From the NCBI GenBank assembly GCA_951406725.2, contig OX597817.1:87854001-87918000 (forward strand): a DNA stretch of 64,000 bases, read 5' to 3'. Position 1 is the stretch's first letter, and each line of letters opens with the position of its first letter. Of this stretch, positions 1-11,407 are shown one piece after another. Below the pieces are notes generated by a model, which saw only the letters and a list, made by a program, of their open reading frames with translations, had not been told where the DNA came from and did no database searches. This DNA comes from Octopus vulgaris. Taxonomy: Eukaryota. The position numbers were made by a program, and so were the translations under genes.

Positions 1-663
1 TTTTAATTATGGTTTCTACACCCTCATTTTTTTCAAAAAAAAATTAGGTTGAAAATTCAGTTAGATATGTGTTAAACTTTATTGAAACCAAGCAAAACCA
101 GAAGACATTAACTCAGTGCCATCGTCACACATTTCTGTCAGGTTAGTGTATTTATGGTCATATAATTTGTGCTAATATATTTATGTTACTGTAATATAGT
201 TTGTATTAATATGTAATTTGGGTAAATATATTTGTGTTAATTTTTGTAAATATATTTTGTTGATATATTTGTGTTAATATAATGATAAATTTTGTCAAAA
301 ATCACTTATTATAAACAAATACTCCATCTTGAAGGAATTAATATCCTTATTACAAGAGAGGCTAAAATCACCTTTAATGAACAGACACAAATGTACACTG
401 AAATATGAAACAACTAAAAGGAAAATAAAATATTCCTCATTCTTTTCTTAGTCCATAGTTCTTGTCAGCCTTATCTTCATCTCCCAGAGTGACACTTACA
501 TATTGCTTAATTTCACTACCTAAATATACACAGTTTACTGCTTTTATAGCAATTGTACTGTTTCTGCTTATTTCCAGCATTCTAGTCTATTCATGGAACT
601 TGCAGATAAAATACAGACATCTCCAACATTATGGAAGAGTTGCATTTTTGAAAATCTTGCCTT

Positions 664-882
664 TAACCCTTTAGCATTCAGATTATTCTGTCAAATGCAA
701 TACCCATTCGTTCATACTGATTTGAACTAATCTTGCATTGTCTCATAGCTTTGGGATTTCAGTGATGTGATTATTTATGTTTAGAATGACATTGTTTGAG
801 AGGCTAGATCTGACCAGTTTGAACATAAAACAAATAGAAAATTTGGGGCTAGATATGGCCAGTTTAAATGCTAAAGTGTCAA
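664..882. mobile_element. piggyBac-type MITE, family 1 (~220 bp)
   Basis: Begins TTAA-CCCTTTAGCATT and ends AATGCTAAAG(T)G, i.e. TIRs at a TTAA site. Other copies at ~15210-15420, ~25615-25805 (reverse), ~34742-34960 (reverse), ~45528-45742. Confidence 0.75.
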
Positions 883-1269
883 CATGGAATTCAGCGATGG
901 CAAATCTATTTTCCTATTTCCTTCTCTGTTGTTTTAGATAGTTGTACAAATAGTTTCATAAAGTACATACATGACTTTATTTTATTTCAATAGCTGCAGT
1001 CTTTAATCTATCAAGGCTGATTAAGTGGATTTGTCAGCATACCATTTTCATATCAAAAGTACAAAGGAGCAAACCACTTCAGGATTATAAATATTTATAG
1101 AGATGCTCATGCTATTTTTAAAGACTTTAAGTAAGAATTTTGGTGTGTTTTTCAATATTGAAGCATCAGTAGGCTTCATCTCCAAATGTTTATTAAACCA
1201 GATGGTGACTACAAAAATACAGCCTCTTCATTCCCTTGCTTGAGTGATCTCATTTAATCACTTCCAGAT

Positions 1270-1360
1270 ACTACATTGGTTTTATCCTGTATCAGTTAGC
1301 AACTTCAGTTTTATCCAGTGTCAGCAACATCAGTTTTACCCTGTGTCAATTAGTAACATT
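1270..1360. repeat. Short minisatellite, ~3 units of 25-29 bp
   Basis: Repeated gttttatcc(t/a)gt(a/g)tca...gcaac(t/a)tca. Confidence 0.6.
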
Positions 1361-2916
1361 CTCCAGAAAATTTTATAGAATACATATATATAGACCCAAG
1401 ATATAGTCTGCCATATCAATAGTTAAGAAAAAAGTTTTGACGATTTAGGATTTCAAGAAGAAATTTAATTCAAATATTATATTCAAAATGTAATTTAAGG
1501 TTACATGTTCTTCATAATTTGTGGCCACTGAACAGTTCTTTGATATCACTCTTTGATTGATAAATAGAGAAATGTCTGCACATTATAAATGTAACAGCAA
1601 CATCGTCATCAACATCTGAATATTCCTCTCCAATTTAACTAATACCATTAGTCTACATATCTTTTGTAGATATTCTTATTTAATGAAACCATTTGTAAGT
1701 GTATTTAATTTCTGCGTGCTTAATGTAACTCTTCAAAGTAGTCTCCAGAATATTGTTGAGATATTTAATTTATTTCTTGCCAACATATTCTTTATCAAAC
1801 ATGACAGCAAGATACTATCTGAATTTTGTCATTAATCAAATAGACAGAAAGCAGAAAAGAAAAAGAAATTAAACCAAAAAAATACTGTTTTTGCATCATG
1901 TACAACAAGTAGAAACTATGATTAAATCTTCTTGTTAAGAAAATATGATATTTGATAGTAAAAAAATTGGTTCAATGAAATACATAAAACTTTCTAAAAT
2001 TGAAATAATTATAATTATTAAAAGTGTGATGATGTGAACTGAGCATTGATTTATGGCTAGGTTCAGTTCCAATTTATACACTCATCTATTATTTATATAT
2101 TTAAATATATATTTATTTATGTTGCTGATATATTATATAAAGCATTTTTCATAAAATTGAATTTCATTAAAAATTTCAAAAAGACTTCTGAGTAAAGTAT
2201 GTGAGAAAACCTCAAATAATTATAATTACTCATCTTTTGAAATAGTTTACAAAGTTTGTCATTTAATTTGTTTTTGTATTCTAAGATGAGGAATGGAAGC
2301 TTGGATAGTTTTAGAAACCAGACAATTAGATCAATTATAAGAGTAAATATTTTTACAACCAGAAACCCCAGCAAAGTCTAAAGTTAATTGCTTGTCATTT
2401 AAAGTAGGGCTTATGTACATGGGTCTTGCCTATAAATAGAACAGAGAAGCTGCAACTTACTTGAAATAGCAGCTTAGTCTCTTTGAAATCATTACCTACC
2501 ATCTTAAAAATGGAAGGCTGTGTCCGATAATAGAGATTGCTATGCACCAACTGGGTCTACTTGCCTCCCAACTTCTGTAGCTTCTACATATTCTCTGTTC
2601 ATACTGACAAAACCAAACAGCAAACTGCCTTGTATATGTTCTTCTTGTTACACTGTTCCACAAACACAGCATCATAAAGTTTGCAGCACTTTCCCAAATC
2701 AACTCACATCAGCTATCTGTCAACTATAGGCCTCATAGCCGTAAATCAACAGCACTGCCTAGGGAACAATTATGAATTAATCTATAATCCTGTTATCTAA
2801 ATATTACCAGTTTAACTGCTGTAATCTTGTAAACATCACTTGGACATGTCTGTTGAAGAAGGCTTGCAGCAATTTAACTAAAGAGTTGATTGTTACAATC
2901 ATATATATAATTAACC

Positions 2917-2991
2917 TAGGGCAAGTGTCTTCTAATACAGACTCAAGTCAACCAAGGCTTTGTGAGTAAATTTGACTGAAAGAAGCCTGTC

Positions 2992-3027
<36 letters not shown>

Positions 3028-3230
3028 GTGTGTATGTGTCTTTGTGTCTATATTTTATTGTCCCCTACCACCACTTGACAACTGGTGTTGGTGTGTTTAC
3101 ATCCCTGTAACTTAGTTGTTTTAGAAAAAGATACTGAGAGACTAAGTACTGGGGTAAATTTGCTCAACTAAGATTCTTCAAGGCAGTGTCCCTGCTTGGT
3201 CACAATCTAATGGATGAAACAGGTGAAAGA
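2917..3230 (+). mobile_element. tRNA-derived SINE family A, 5'-truncated copy
   Basis: gggcaagtgtcttct...ctttgtgagt...gaaagaagcc, internal (TA)n/(TG)n, then cttgacaac...ggtgtgtttacatccc...; same layout as ~20 copies in the window. Confidence 0.8.
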
Positions 3231-3666
3231 TACATAGAAAATACATATCATGTGAACATGTGACCGACCAGGTTATCAGATGTTGTTACACATCACTGGT
3301 CACAATGCACTTTTGCATTATTTTAGCATTCAAATGACGCTACCCCACTGGCTAAGCAAGCAGGCCAGCATTTCCCCTTGATTGAAAGGGAGACTGGAGC
3401 AACATGAAATTGAAGTGTTTTGCTCAAGAACATAACACATCATCCAATTAGGGAATCAAACCCATGATCTAGTGATTGTAAAAGCAACAGCCTAACCACT
3501 TGACCACACACCTTCACAAAAAAATATATATATATATCACACTAAATATGCATTTTTTCCTGTTTCTACATGACTTGTTTAAACATTTCATTTAGAACTT
3601 GTATAATTCTAGTCTCTTTCCTAAATATTTCTTTGACCACCCTCTCTCTTTCACTCTCTTTTAAAG

Positions 3667-3804
3667 ACTCCTCAAGATCTCTATATTACTCTTCTGACCA
3701 ACTACAATATGCTGTAATGGTTCATTCAATGTCTGTTCTTGGCTGTCTCCTTTTATTCAAAGCTGGCCGGCAGTTGTTTCCAGTTCATATGTTGGACATG
3801 CTCA
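3667..3804 (+). CDS. TBC1D32: Protein broad-minded (TBC1D32), internal exon 1 of 9 in window
   Basis: Pyrimidine tract + tttaaAG acceptor, A|gtaagt donor, 138 nt, phase 1-1. Encodes SSRSLYYSSDQLQYAVMVHSMSVLGCLLLFKAGRQLFPVHMLDML, like the recalled vertebrate TBC1D32 [30 protein letters not shown]. Confidence 0.9.
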
Positions 3805-3969
3805 GTAAGTTCTGTTCTTATTCTTTAAATTCCATCTGTTACCAACACAAATATGGCTATTGTTTATGTTGATGATTACTTTCTTTTTTGCTATTTTACT
3901 GTAAAAGGTAAATTACAAGGGTTTAAATATGTACATACATGAATACATATATACGTACATATATGTATG

Positions 3970-4295
3970 TAGGTGCATTAAAGTGTCGGGCTCATAATCA
4001 TGAGGTAGTGAGTTTGATTCCTGGACTGGGCTGTGTGTTGCATTCTTGAGCGAGACACTTTATTTCACATTGCTCCAGTTCACTCAGCTGTAGAAATGAG
4101 TTGTGACATCACTGGTGCCAAATTGTATTAGCCTTTGCCTTTCCCATGGCTAACATCAGTGGCATTGAAAGGGAGGCTGGGATGCATAGGTAACTGCTGG
4201 TCTTCCATAAACAACCTTACCTGGACTTGTGCCTCAGAGTGTAACTTTTTAGGTGCAATCCCATGGTCATTCATGATCACAGGGGGTCTTTTCCC
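3970..4295 (+). mobile_element. tRNA-derived SINE family B
   Basis: B-box-like gagtttgattcc, then cttgagc(a/g)agacactttatttcacattgctccagttcactcagctgtagaaatgagt. Other copies at ~24891-25228, ~54510-54820, partial at ~19360-19560. Confidence 0.8.
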
Positions 4296-6231
4296 TGTAT
4301 ATATGTGTGTGTGTGTGTGTGTGTAAAGCTAATAAATAACAACGACATCAAGGTATTAGTGCATTACGACCATTTCAGGCAGCTCCATTTAATCAAACAA
4401 TACAAGCATTACATCAGTCTGAAAGATGCTGCCATCTTCAGATGCAAAATATAGGTTTTCAACATACAGGAGACTCCATTATAATTTTTAGCAAATATTT
4501 CATCAGAACTAGAGAATGAAAGAATTACATGCTGCTATTACTGTAGCAGAATGAACTTAGAGAGAAGAATACCCCAACTATAATTTGGAGTGGCAGAAGA
4601 GAATAACTGGGGGTCATGAGATAGTAATTTAGCTACAGTTTTTATCTATATTCTTATTACCATCAAAAGATCTAAAACGACTAGTATACTATGTCCACTA
4701 AGAATTAAAACCACTGGGAGTTGACAGTTAAGTTCAGCTGCTGATAATAAATTTATTATTGTCAGATAGTCTCCCAGACCTTAATTCACTATTGCTATAA
4801 ATTCCTATGACCACATAAAGAAGCAAATCTCAGAAGTCAGTAAGACTTATATTAATTAGTTTGTTTAATTACAATTTTTTCATGGTAGCATGGGTTAGAT
4901 GATGAGTTATTTCAGACAAGATTTTTACAGCCAGATGTTCTTCCTGCTGCCCACCCTTCTCAGTTTTTCAAGTAAGGGATGGGAGTGATGAGATGTATTC
5001 ATCATTTTGTCCATGTTTGCATGGATCTAGTGTGTGTGTAAGCCTATTAATGCATATTGGATGACTCATAGTTTCACAATTTCACAATATCTGGCTGCCA
5101 CACAAATATCTATCAACAGACTCTGTTCCACAAGTATTGAGAATGTGAACATGAGAAAACTTAAAATGAAACTAAATGGAGTAACTGAGATATTATAGTA
5201 TAAATTCATATAAACTGTATGGAGTTATAATTCAGTATACACAAAAAAGTTAAGGGGCTAAATTAACAAAAGAAGAGAAAATATACATTAAAAAATTTGT
5301 GTAGTTACAGTTCAGTAGATTTATATAAAATTAATGATATAGCTAAGTTTGGCTCCATAAAGTTTGGAAGTCTCAGACTAAGTATTTAAATATAGTTTTG
5401 ATTATGAATTTCTTAAGATCAGTTTTTTTTTCTGCTGCACTTAGCTCACTTCTATGACTACCATTTTATAAAGACTTGTCCTTTTAAATGATCAAATATA
5501 ATTAAAGGGTTTCATTGTATTCTGTTTTTCAATGTAGCATCTTTGATGGGTATCAAATTTTAGGCTGGTTGAGTTTAAATTCTATCGCAAATAGTATGCT
5601 TCTGTTTTACAAGACTTATCGAGTAGTTAATTGTTGCTATCTCTACATGAATAATTGGCCTCTGTTGATATGGGATGTTTATGGGCTATAATATTCTTCA
5701 TATTAGTAGATGTTACTTTAAGATTATGTCTTTTGAACTGTTTCTTATAAGTTATGGTTTGCAAGGAAGTATTTACTCATAAAATTTAGGAGACTTTTTC
5801 TATGTTAGATTTAGTGTTTCTTCAGAGGCAGATGTAAACAAAATATTTTGATACATTTTTTTTGTCTAGGAGATTCTGAGGCTGGTGATGTACTTGGTCT
5901 TATTTTTAAATCTGTCTGATAGCTATCAAAGAGATTTGATAACTAGAGAGACTATAGTCTATCTAGGCAAAGATTTCAGGCCAAATTTGAAATTCTTCTA
6001 CTTAATTTGTTGATAAAATTTTGAAAATCTAAAACTGGGTGACATGAATCTACATTAATATAATTTCATTTGGTTTTCTAAATTTAAAGGTGAGATCTCT
6101 TAACCCAGATTGAAGATTATTGAATAAATAAAATCTTCCAAAAATGTAATATGTGTAACCTATCCACAGCAGAAAAAATGACAGATCCTAAAATTCTGTA
6201 CAACAAGAATTGTATTTAAATGTTATATCTA

Positions 6232-6483
6232 ATTCTGTTGTGTCTGGGGAGAGTCATTCTCCTTTAGTGCCTCACCGGTAACACACTCACCGGTAAAATT
6301 TCCACTTATTTCTTATTTTTATTGCGTCTTGCAACCTTTTCAATAGTCTTGACTATTGAAAAGGTTGCAAGACAACGAAAATTTTAGGAAGATAAAAATA
6401 AGAAATAAGTGGAAATTTTACCGGTGAGTGTGTTACATTATAAGGCACAAAAAGAAAATGACTCTCCCCAGACACAACAGAAT
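6232..6483. mobile_element. ~250-bp foldback (palindromic) non-autonomous element
   Basis: Left arm attctgttgtgtctggggagagtcatt...ttcaatagtc is the near-perfect reverse complement of gactattgaa...aatgactctccccagacacaacagaat; 2-nt centre. Confidence 0.8.
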
Positions 6484-6714
6484 ATGCTTCAACACACAAA
6501 CTCATATAAAGAATTTTGCAAACCAAATCCAAAAACGTTATATCTAATGTTTTTTTGGAAAATGCTGTCGTTTCATGAAACTAGGCAGAGCTGTCTTAAA
6601 TTTGTAATTTTGGGAAAATGTATTGGTAGGATATATGTGACTGTATACAGATGATTATGTACACATTCTTACTTAACTTTTAACATTTCTAACCTTATCA
6701 GCATCATAAGCTAA

Positions 6715-6992
6715 CTAGCACTCATGAAATTAACATGCAAGTGGTTGAGCATTCTACAAACACATGTACCCTTAACATCTTAACATAGTTCTCAGGGAGA
6801 TTCAGCATGGCATAGAATGCATCAAGGCTGGCCCTTTGTAAAACAGGTACTACTCATTTTTAGCTATCTGAGTGCACTGGAGCAATGTGAAATAAAATGT
6901 CTTGCTCAAGGGTACAGTGTGTTGCCAGAATCAAACTCATGACCTTACGATCACAAACCAACTACCCTAAACACTAAGCCATGTGCCTTCAT
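6715..6992 (-). mobile_element. SINE family F, tRNA head at right end
   Basis: Shares ctc(a/g)tgaaattaa..tgc..gtgg.tgagc...tgtacccttaa...tagttctca.ggagattcagcatg with ~61945-62188; reverse-strand head gaaggcacatggcttagtg. Confidence 0.7.
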
Positions 6993-8609
6993 ATCGGCAC
7001 CATTAATCTTATATTAATCTACTAATTAATTGAAATTACATATATTTTTCTTTTATTTTTGTTCATGGAGCCATAATTGCATAGTTTTTGCTTAATTATA
7101 ACATAGGCTGTCAATTAGTCCATTTAAATTCATTTTAAGTTTTGAATATTTGCATGTACAGGGAGTGGGTATAATTCCTTTCTTTGAGGTGGCAAGTGGG
7201 CAGAATTGCTAACGTCCCAGACAAAATGCTTAGCAACATTTTGCCCATCTTTATGTTCTGAGTTCAAATATTGCCAAAGTTGAATTTACCTTTTGATATC
7301 AAAGAAATAAGTATCAATTGAGCACTGGGGTCTGTGTAATCAACTAATCCTCTCTCCCACAAAATTTCAAGCTTTGTGCCTATAGTAGAATTTTATTGGT
7401 TACTTCCCTTAAACAATATTCTAAGATTCTAATCTATTATAACTGAATCTTTTCAGAATGCATTCTATGCTCCGAATAGAATAATTATAGTTGGAGATGC
7501 CATTAGCATGATTGGTTATGTGTATGTGTGCTTTATGACTGACATACAACCCAAAGATTTCTATCAATTCACTTGCGACAGTTTCAGTTTTTCTTGCCTT
7601 TTGCTTCTTTTTCATTTTCGTCTATGTTGCTGTATTAGTGTATATGTGTATATTTTTATGTCGTTTCACTTGCCGACAGCTTTTATGGTTGAGGAGTTAT
7701 AATATGAGTGGTTATAGTGGCCATATCTGTGATGGATTGGTGTCCCATCCAGCTGGAGGGAACATATACATCATAGAAACCGGGAAACCGGGCCCATGAG
7801 CCTGGCTAAGCTTGAAAAGGGAAACCAGGCCCATGAGCCTGGCTAGGCTTGAAAAGAGCAACGTTTATCGTTTTATAGTGACCATATAGCAGTTTTGACT
7901 GCTGTTTCTAGGCATGTAAGGGTTTTTATAACCCTCTCCATTATAATTGTGATTTATTTACAATTATACATTCTTCTTTTATGATATAATTTTTTAATTG
8001 CATGTTCTGGCCATTGATATATTCATAAATAATTTTGAATTAATAAATCTCTGAATGAGCTATAAACAGTAGCTGCACGACAACGTAAAGTATATTTGCC
8101 ACTTAAATGTGGCTAACCACTAAGGGTGGATGCAACTGTAGCTTGTAGCCCCAGGAGAACATCTTCTCCAGCTGGCTATTGGCACACTTTCTGTGCCCTA
8201 TCAGTATTTGCAAAGAGAAGCCATCCTTCCCATCGTCAACCTGATGTGATACGCACAGACCTGAGTTTCTGGGTATTTACCTGTCGTCAGCGCATGACAA
8301 TCACCTGTCTTCGATGCAAAGGGCATCCAGCTGTAGAAACTTTGCCTGATCAGACTGAACCTGGTGCAGCCTCTGGTTCACCAATCCTCAGTCAAACCGT
8401 CCAACCCATGCCAGCATGGAAAGCAGATGTTAAACGGTGATGATGATATATCATCATCATCATCATCATTTAACGCCTGTCTTCCATGCTAGCATGGGTG
8501 GGACAGTACCACAAGAGAGCCAGCCAAGCTGAAGCCTGCATCAGACTTCTGTGACTGTTTTGGCAGGATTTTTACAGCTGGATTCCCTTCCTAACATCAA
8601 CCACTCAAC

Positions 8610-9325
8610 AGATACTACAGAACGTAATCATCTTGAGAAAAAAATTGAGCATAAGAGGCATCAGATGTTGTGTATAAGTGAGAAGACTGTGCTGGTATGG
8701 TCATGTGATATGTATGGACAAAGACAGCTGCATAAAGAAATGCCAATCTCTAACTGTGGAGAGAGCCTGTGTAAGAGGTAGAACCATGAAGACATGGGAT
8801 GAGGTGGTGAAGCATGATCTTCTGATGTTGGGTTTCATGGAGGCAATGACAAGTGATCGAGTCCTTTAGTGACTTGCTGTGCTTTAGAAGACACGTCAAG
8901 CCAGATGAAATCAAATTCACAGCCAGTGCCAGTGACATAAAGGACACCCCTGGTTGGCATTAAAAAGGGCATCCATCTGTAGAAACTAAGCCAATCAAAC
9001 TGGAACCTGGTGCAACTCTCCAGCTTACCAGTTCCAGTCAAACCATCTAACCTATGCCAGTATGGAGGACGGACATTAACCCTTTTGTTACTGTATTTAT
9101 TTTGAGATGCTCTGTGTTTCTTTCAATCACTTTAAATATAACAAAGAATTTAGCAAAATAACTTAATTATCATTCAGCTAGTGTTAGAAACATAAATTGT
9201 GACTAAGGTTTGGTGAAAGATTTTAATTCCAAACTTATGAAAACAAGACATTTGTACTCAGAGCCAGAGCCGGTTTCAGCCGAGTTGGTAACGAAAGAGT
9301 TAAATGATGATGATAATGATGATGA
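8610..9325 (+). mobile_element. RTE-clade LINE 3' fragment with (GAT)n tail
   Basis: Encodes RRLCWYGHVICMDKDSCIKKCQSLTVERACVRGRTMKTWDEVVKHDL, the typical RTE C-terminus (RLRWxGHV...RGRP..W...V..DL). 3' UTR ttggcatta..aagggcatcca... ends ttaa.tgatgat. The same tail recurs at ~8320-8447, 8450-8610(-), 13560-13720(-), 14017-14290(-), 19845-20000, 23095-23435, 31870-32060(-), 40200-40600. Confidence 0.85.
9080..9299. mobile_element. piggyBac-type MITE, family 2, nested in an RTE tail
   Basis: TTAA duplicated at 9076-9079 and 9300-9303; TIRs CCCTTTTGTTAC / GTAACGAAAGAG. Confidence 0.8.
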
Positions 9326-9767
9326 TTATCAGACAAATTTGTTCGCCCCTCCACACACACACACACACATTTATTTTAATCCTTTCCAAGGATATTTGAA
9401 TTAACATGAAAAATATCTTTATCATACTGTTTAGTGTTTTTCTTTTATAGCTTTATACTTCCTCTACAACTATTGTTTATTGTTTTCGGAATTTGAATAA
9501 ACTTTTTGTCTTTTCAGACAAATGACAATGGAGTACCAAGTAGAAAAACATGAGCAAATTGATCTAACAACCCAACAATATTATATGTGTATTATATTTC
9601 TGTGTGTATTATACTTGCATGTGTGTTTGTGTATAGTATTGTGAAAGTACATGTGTGTGTACATATACAAGAACAAGTACATACATAAAAATACAAAAAC
9701 TATATAATTTCAGTGTGCTTATATGTAGATACAATTGAATTTGTGAGGTCATATATATATGCATGCC

Positions 9768-10000
9768 TCCACACACAAACACATTTGGACATGCAAAACA
9801 TGGGTATGTCCATGTGTATGTATGCCTGCAGCAGAAACATGTCCATGTCCATATGCTTGCATACACACATGAATATATTTGGACATGCAAAACATGGATG
9901 TGTCCATGTGCATGTATGCCTGCATATAAAAACGTGTATGTCCATATGTTTGCTTGCACTCATGAACATATTTGGAGATGCAAACATGCCTATGTCCAAA
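9768..10000. repeat. Tandem repeat, ~95-108 bp unit, ~2.5 copies, RY-rich
   Basis: atttgga(c/g)atgcaaa(a)catg recurs at ~9783, ~9877, ~9970; source of several spurious ORFs. Confidence 0.75.
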
Positions 10001-11372
10001 AATGAAAAATGAAAGCAAGACTAGAATTGTTTTGTCTTTATTAATAGAAATTCTTTGGCAAAAAGGACAGTTGAGGTGACAGGAAGAAGATAAATCATTA
10101 TTAATATTTTGAAACACCTTGGTAACAGCAGCTGAAAGAAGAAATGTAATTATAGATGATTAAGACTGATGGCTGTTTATTCTTAACAGAGCACAATTCC
10201 CAGGGCCTCCCTCTGCAGTAGGGTGTGGGGTATAAGTAGAAGAGAGGTGTTAATGAAACCATTTATGCACAGGAAAATAAAAATCTGAGCAAGCAGGTTT
10301 TCTGTGTGTGTTAAAGAAGATTAAATAATGTGAAGTGTTCTGAAAGTAAACACAGATAATTAATAAACAGTGCAGTAGGATAATATAAAAGATTGAAGAA
10401 AAATAATTCAAATAAGCCACAGACTGAAATAAATCAAGTATGTATGGATGCACAGAATGACATACACTGAAAATACTTTATATTTTCCTCTTAGCTGAAG
10501 AAAGAAAATGAAAAGCTGTCAACATTTGTTAACAACTCTCAAAGAAGAGGAGAAAGAAGTGTTTTAATTGAGTTTTCATGTTAAGATGACAATTTTCTTT
10601 TTAGTTCATAGCAACTGTCAGGTTCCAGTCTTAATAGAGCTCATCAGTGAAACATAGATAATATAAACCTTATGTTAAAGTCAGTTAAATTCATTAATTA
10701 TTGGCTTCAAATTTTAGTACAAGGCCAATAATTTCAGGGGACAGGGTAAGTTGATTACATCAACCCCAGTGTTCAACTGGTAATTATTTTATCGACCACC
10801 AAATGATGAAAGGCAAAGTCGACCCAGCAGCATTTGAACTCAAAATGTAGTTAGAAGAAATGCTGCTCAGTAGTAATTATTCTGCCAGCTTGCCACCTTA
10901 ATTTCATTAATTATTGAAAACAAACAGAACTTATATCAGAAATATTTGTCTCACCATAGCAACAAAGAATGCAACAAGAATGCCAATTGTCACCAATCTT
11001 TTGTGAAGTAAATGGCTACGTTTATCAATCAGGCAACAATGAGTATGGTTTCTTTGAATTGTCTTAGTGTATTTATCATATAAATTTACCCTCAGGTTGG
11101 GAAAATTGAATAATAGGGGCAGCTAAGGTTAGTCCTAATTTTAAAACTACTATCTTTTATCTTTTATTTGTTTCAGTCATTGGACTGTTACCATACTGGG
11201 GCACTACATCAAAGAGTTTAGTTGAACAAATTGACCCCAATACTTATTTTTCAAAGTCTGGTTCTTATTCCATTAGTTCCTTTTGCTGAACCACTATATT
11301 ACAAGGTTGTAGACAAATGAAGTGGTTGGGATATAAACACAAGCACAATAACATATGGGCATGCGCACACAT

Positions 11373-11407
<35 letters not shown>

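Noticed and set aside
1101-1130. Possible 30-nt micro-exon (tttatAG...A|gtaaga)
   Set aside because: Weak pyrimidine tract and no recognisable TBC1D32 similarity; cannot be supported without RNA data.
2520-2729. S/T/C-rich 69-aa ORF as an upstream TBC1D32 exon or nested gene
   Set aside because: No fitting splice sites and no recognisable similarity.
5100-6200. Possible very old LINE or Penelope remnant on the minus strand
   Set aside because: Compositional hint only; no diagnostic motif readable.
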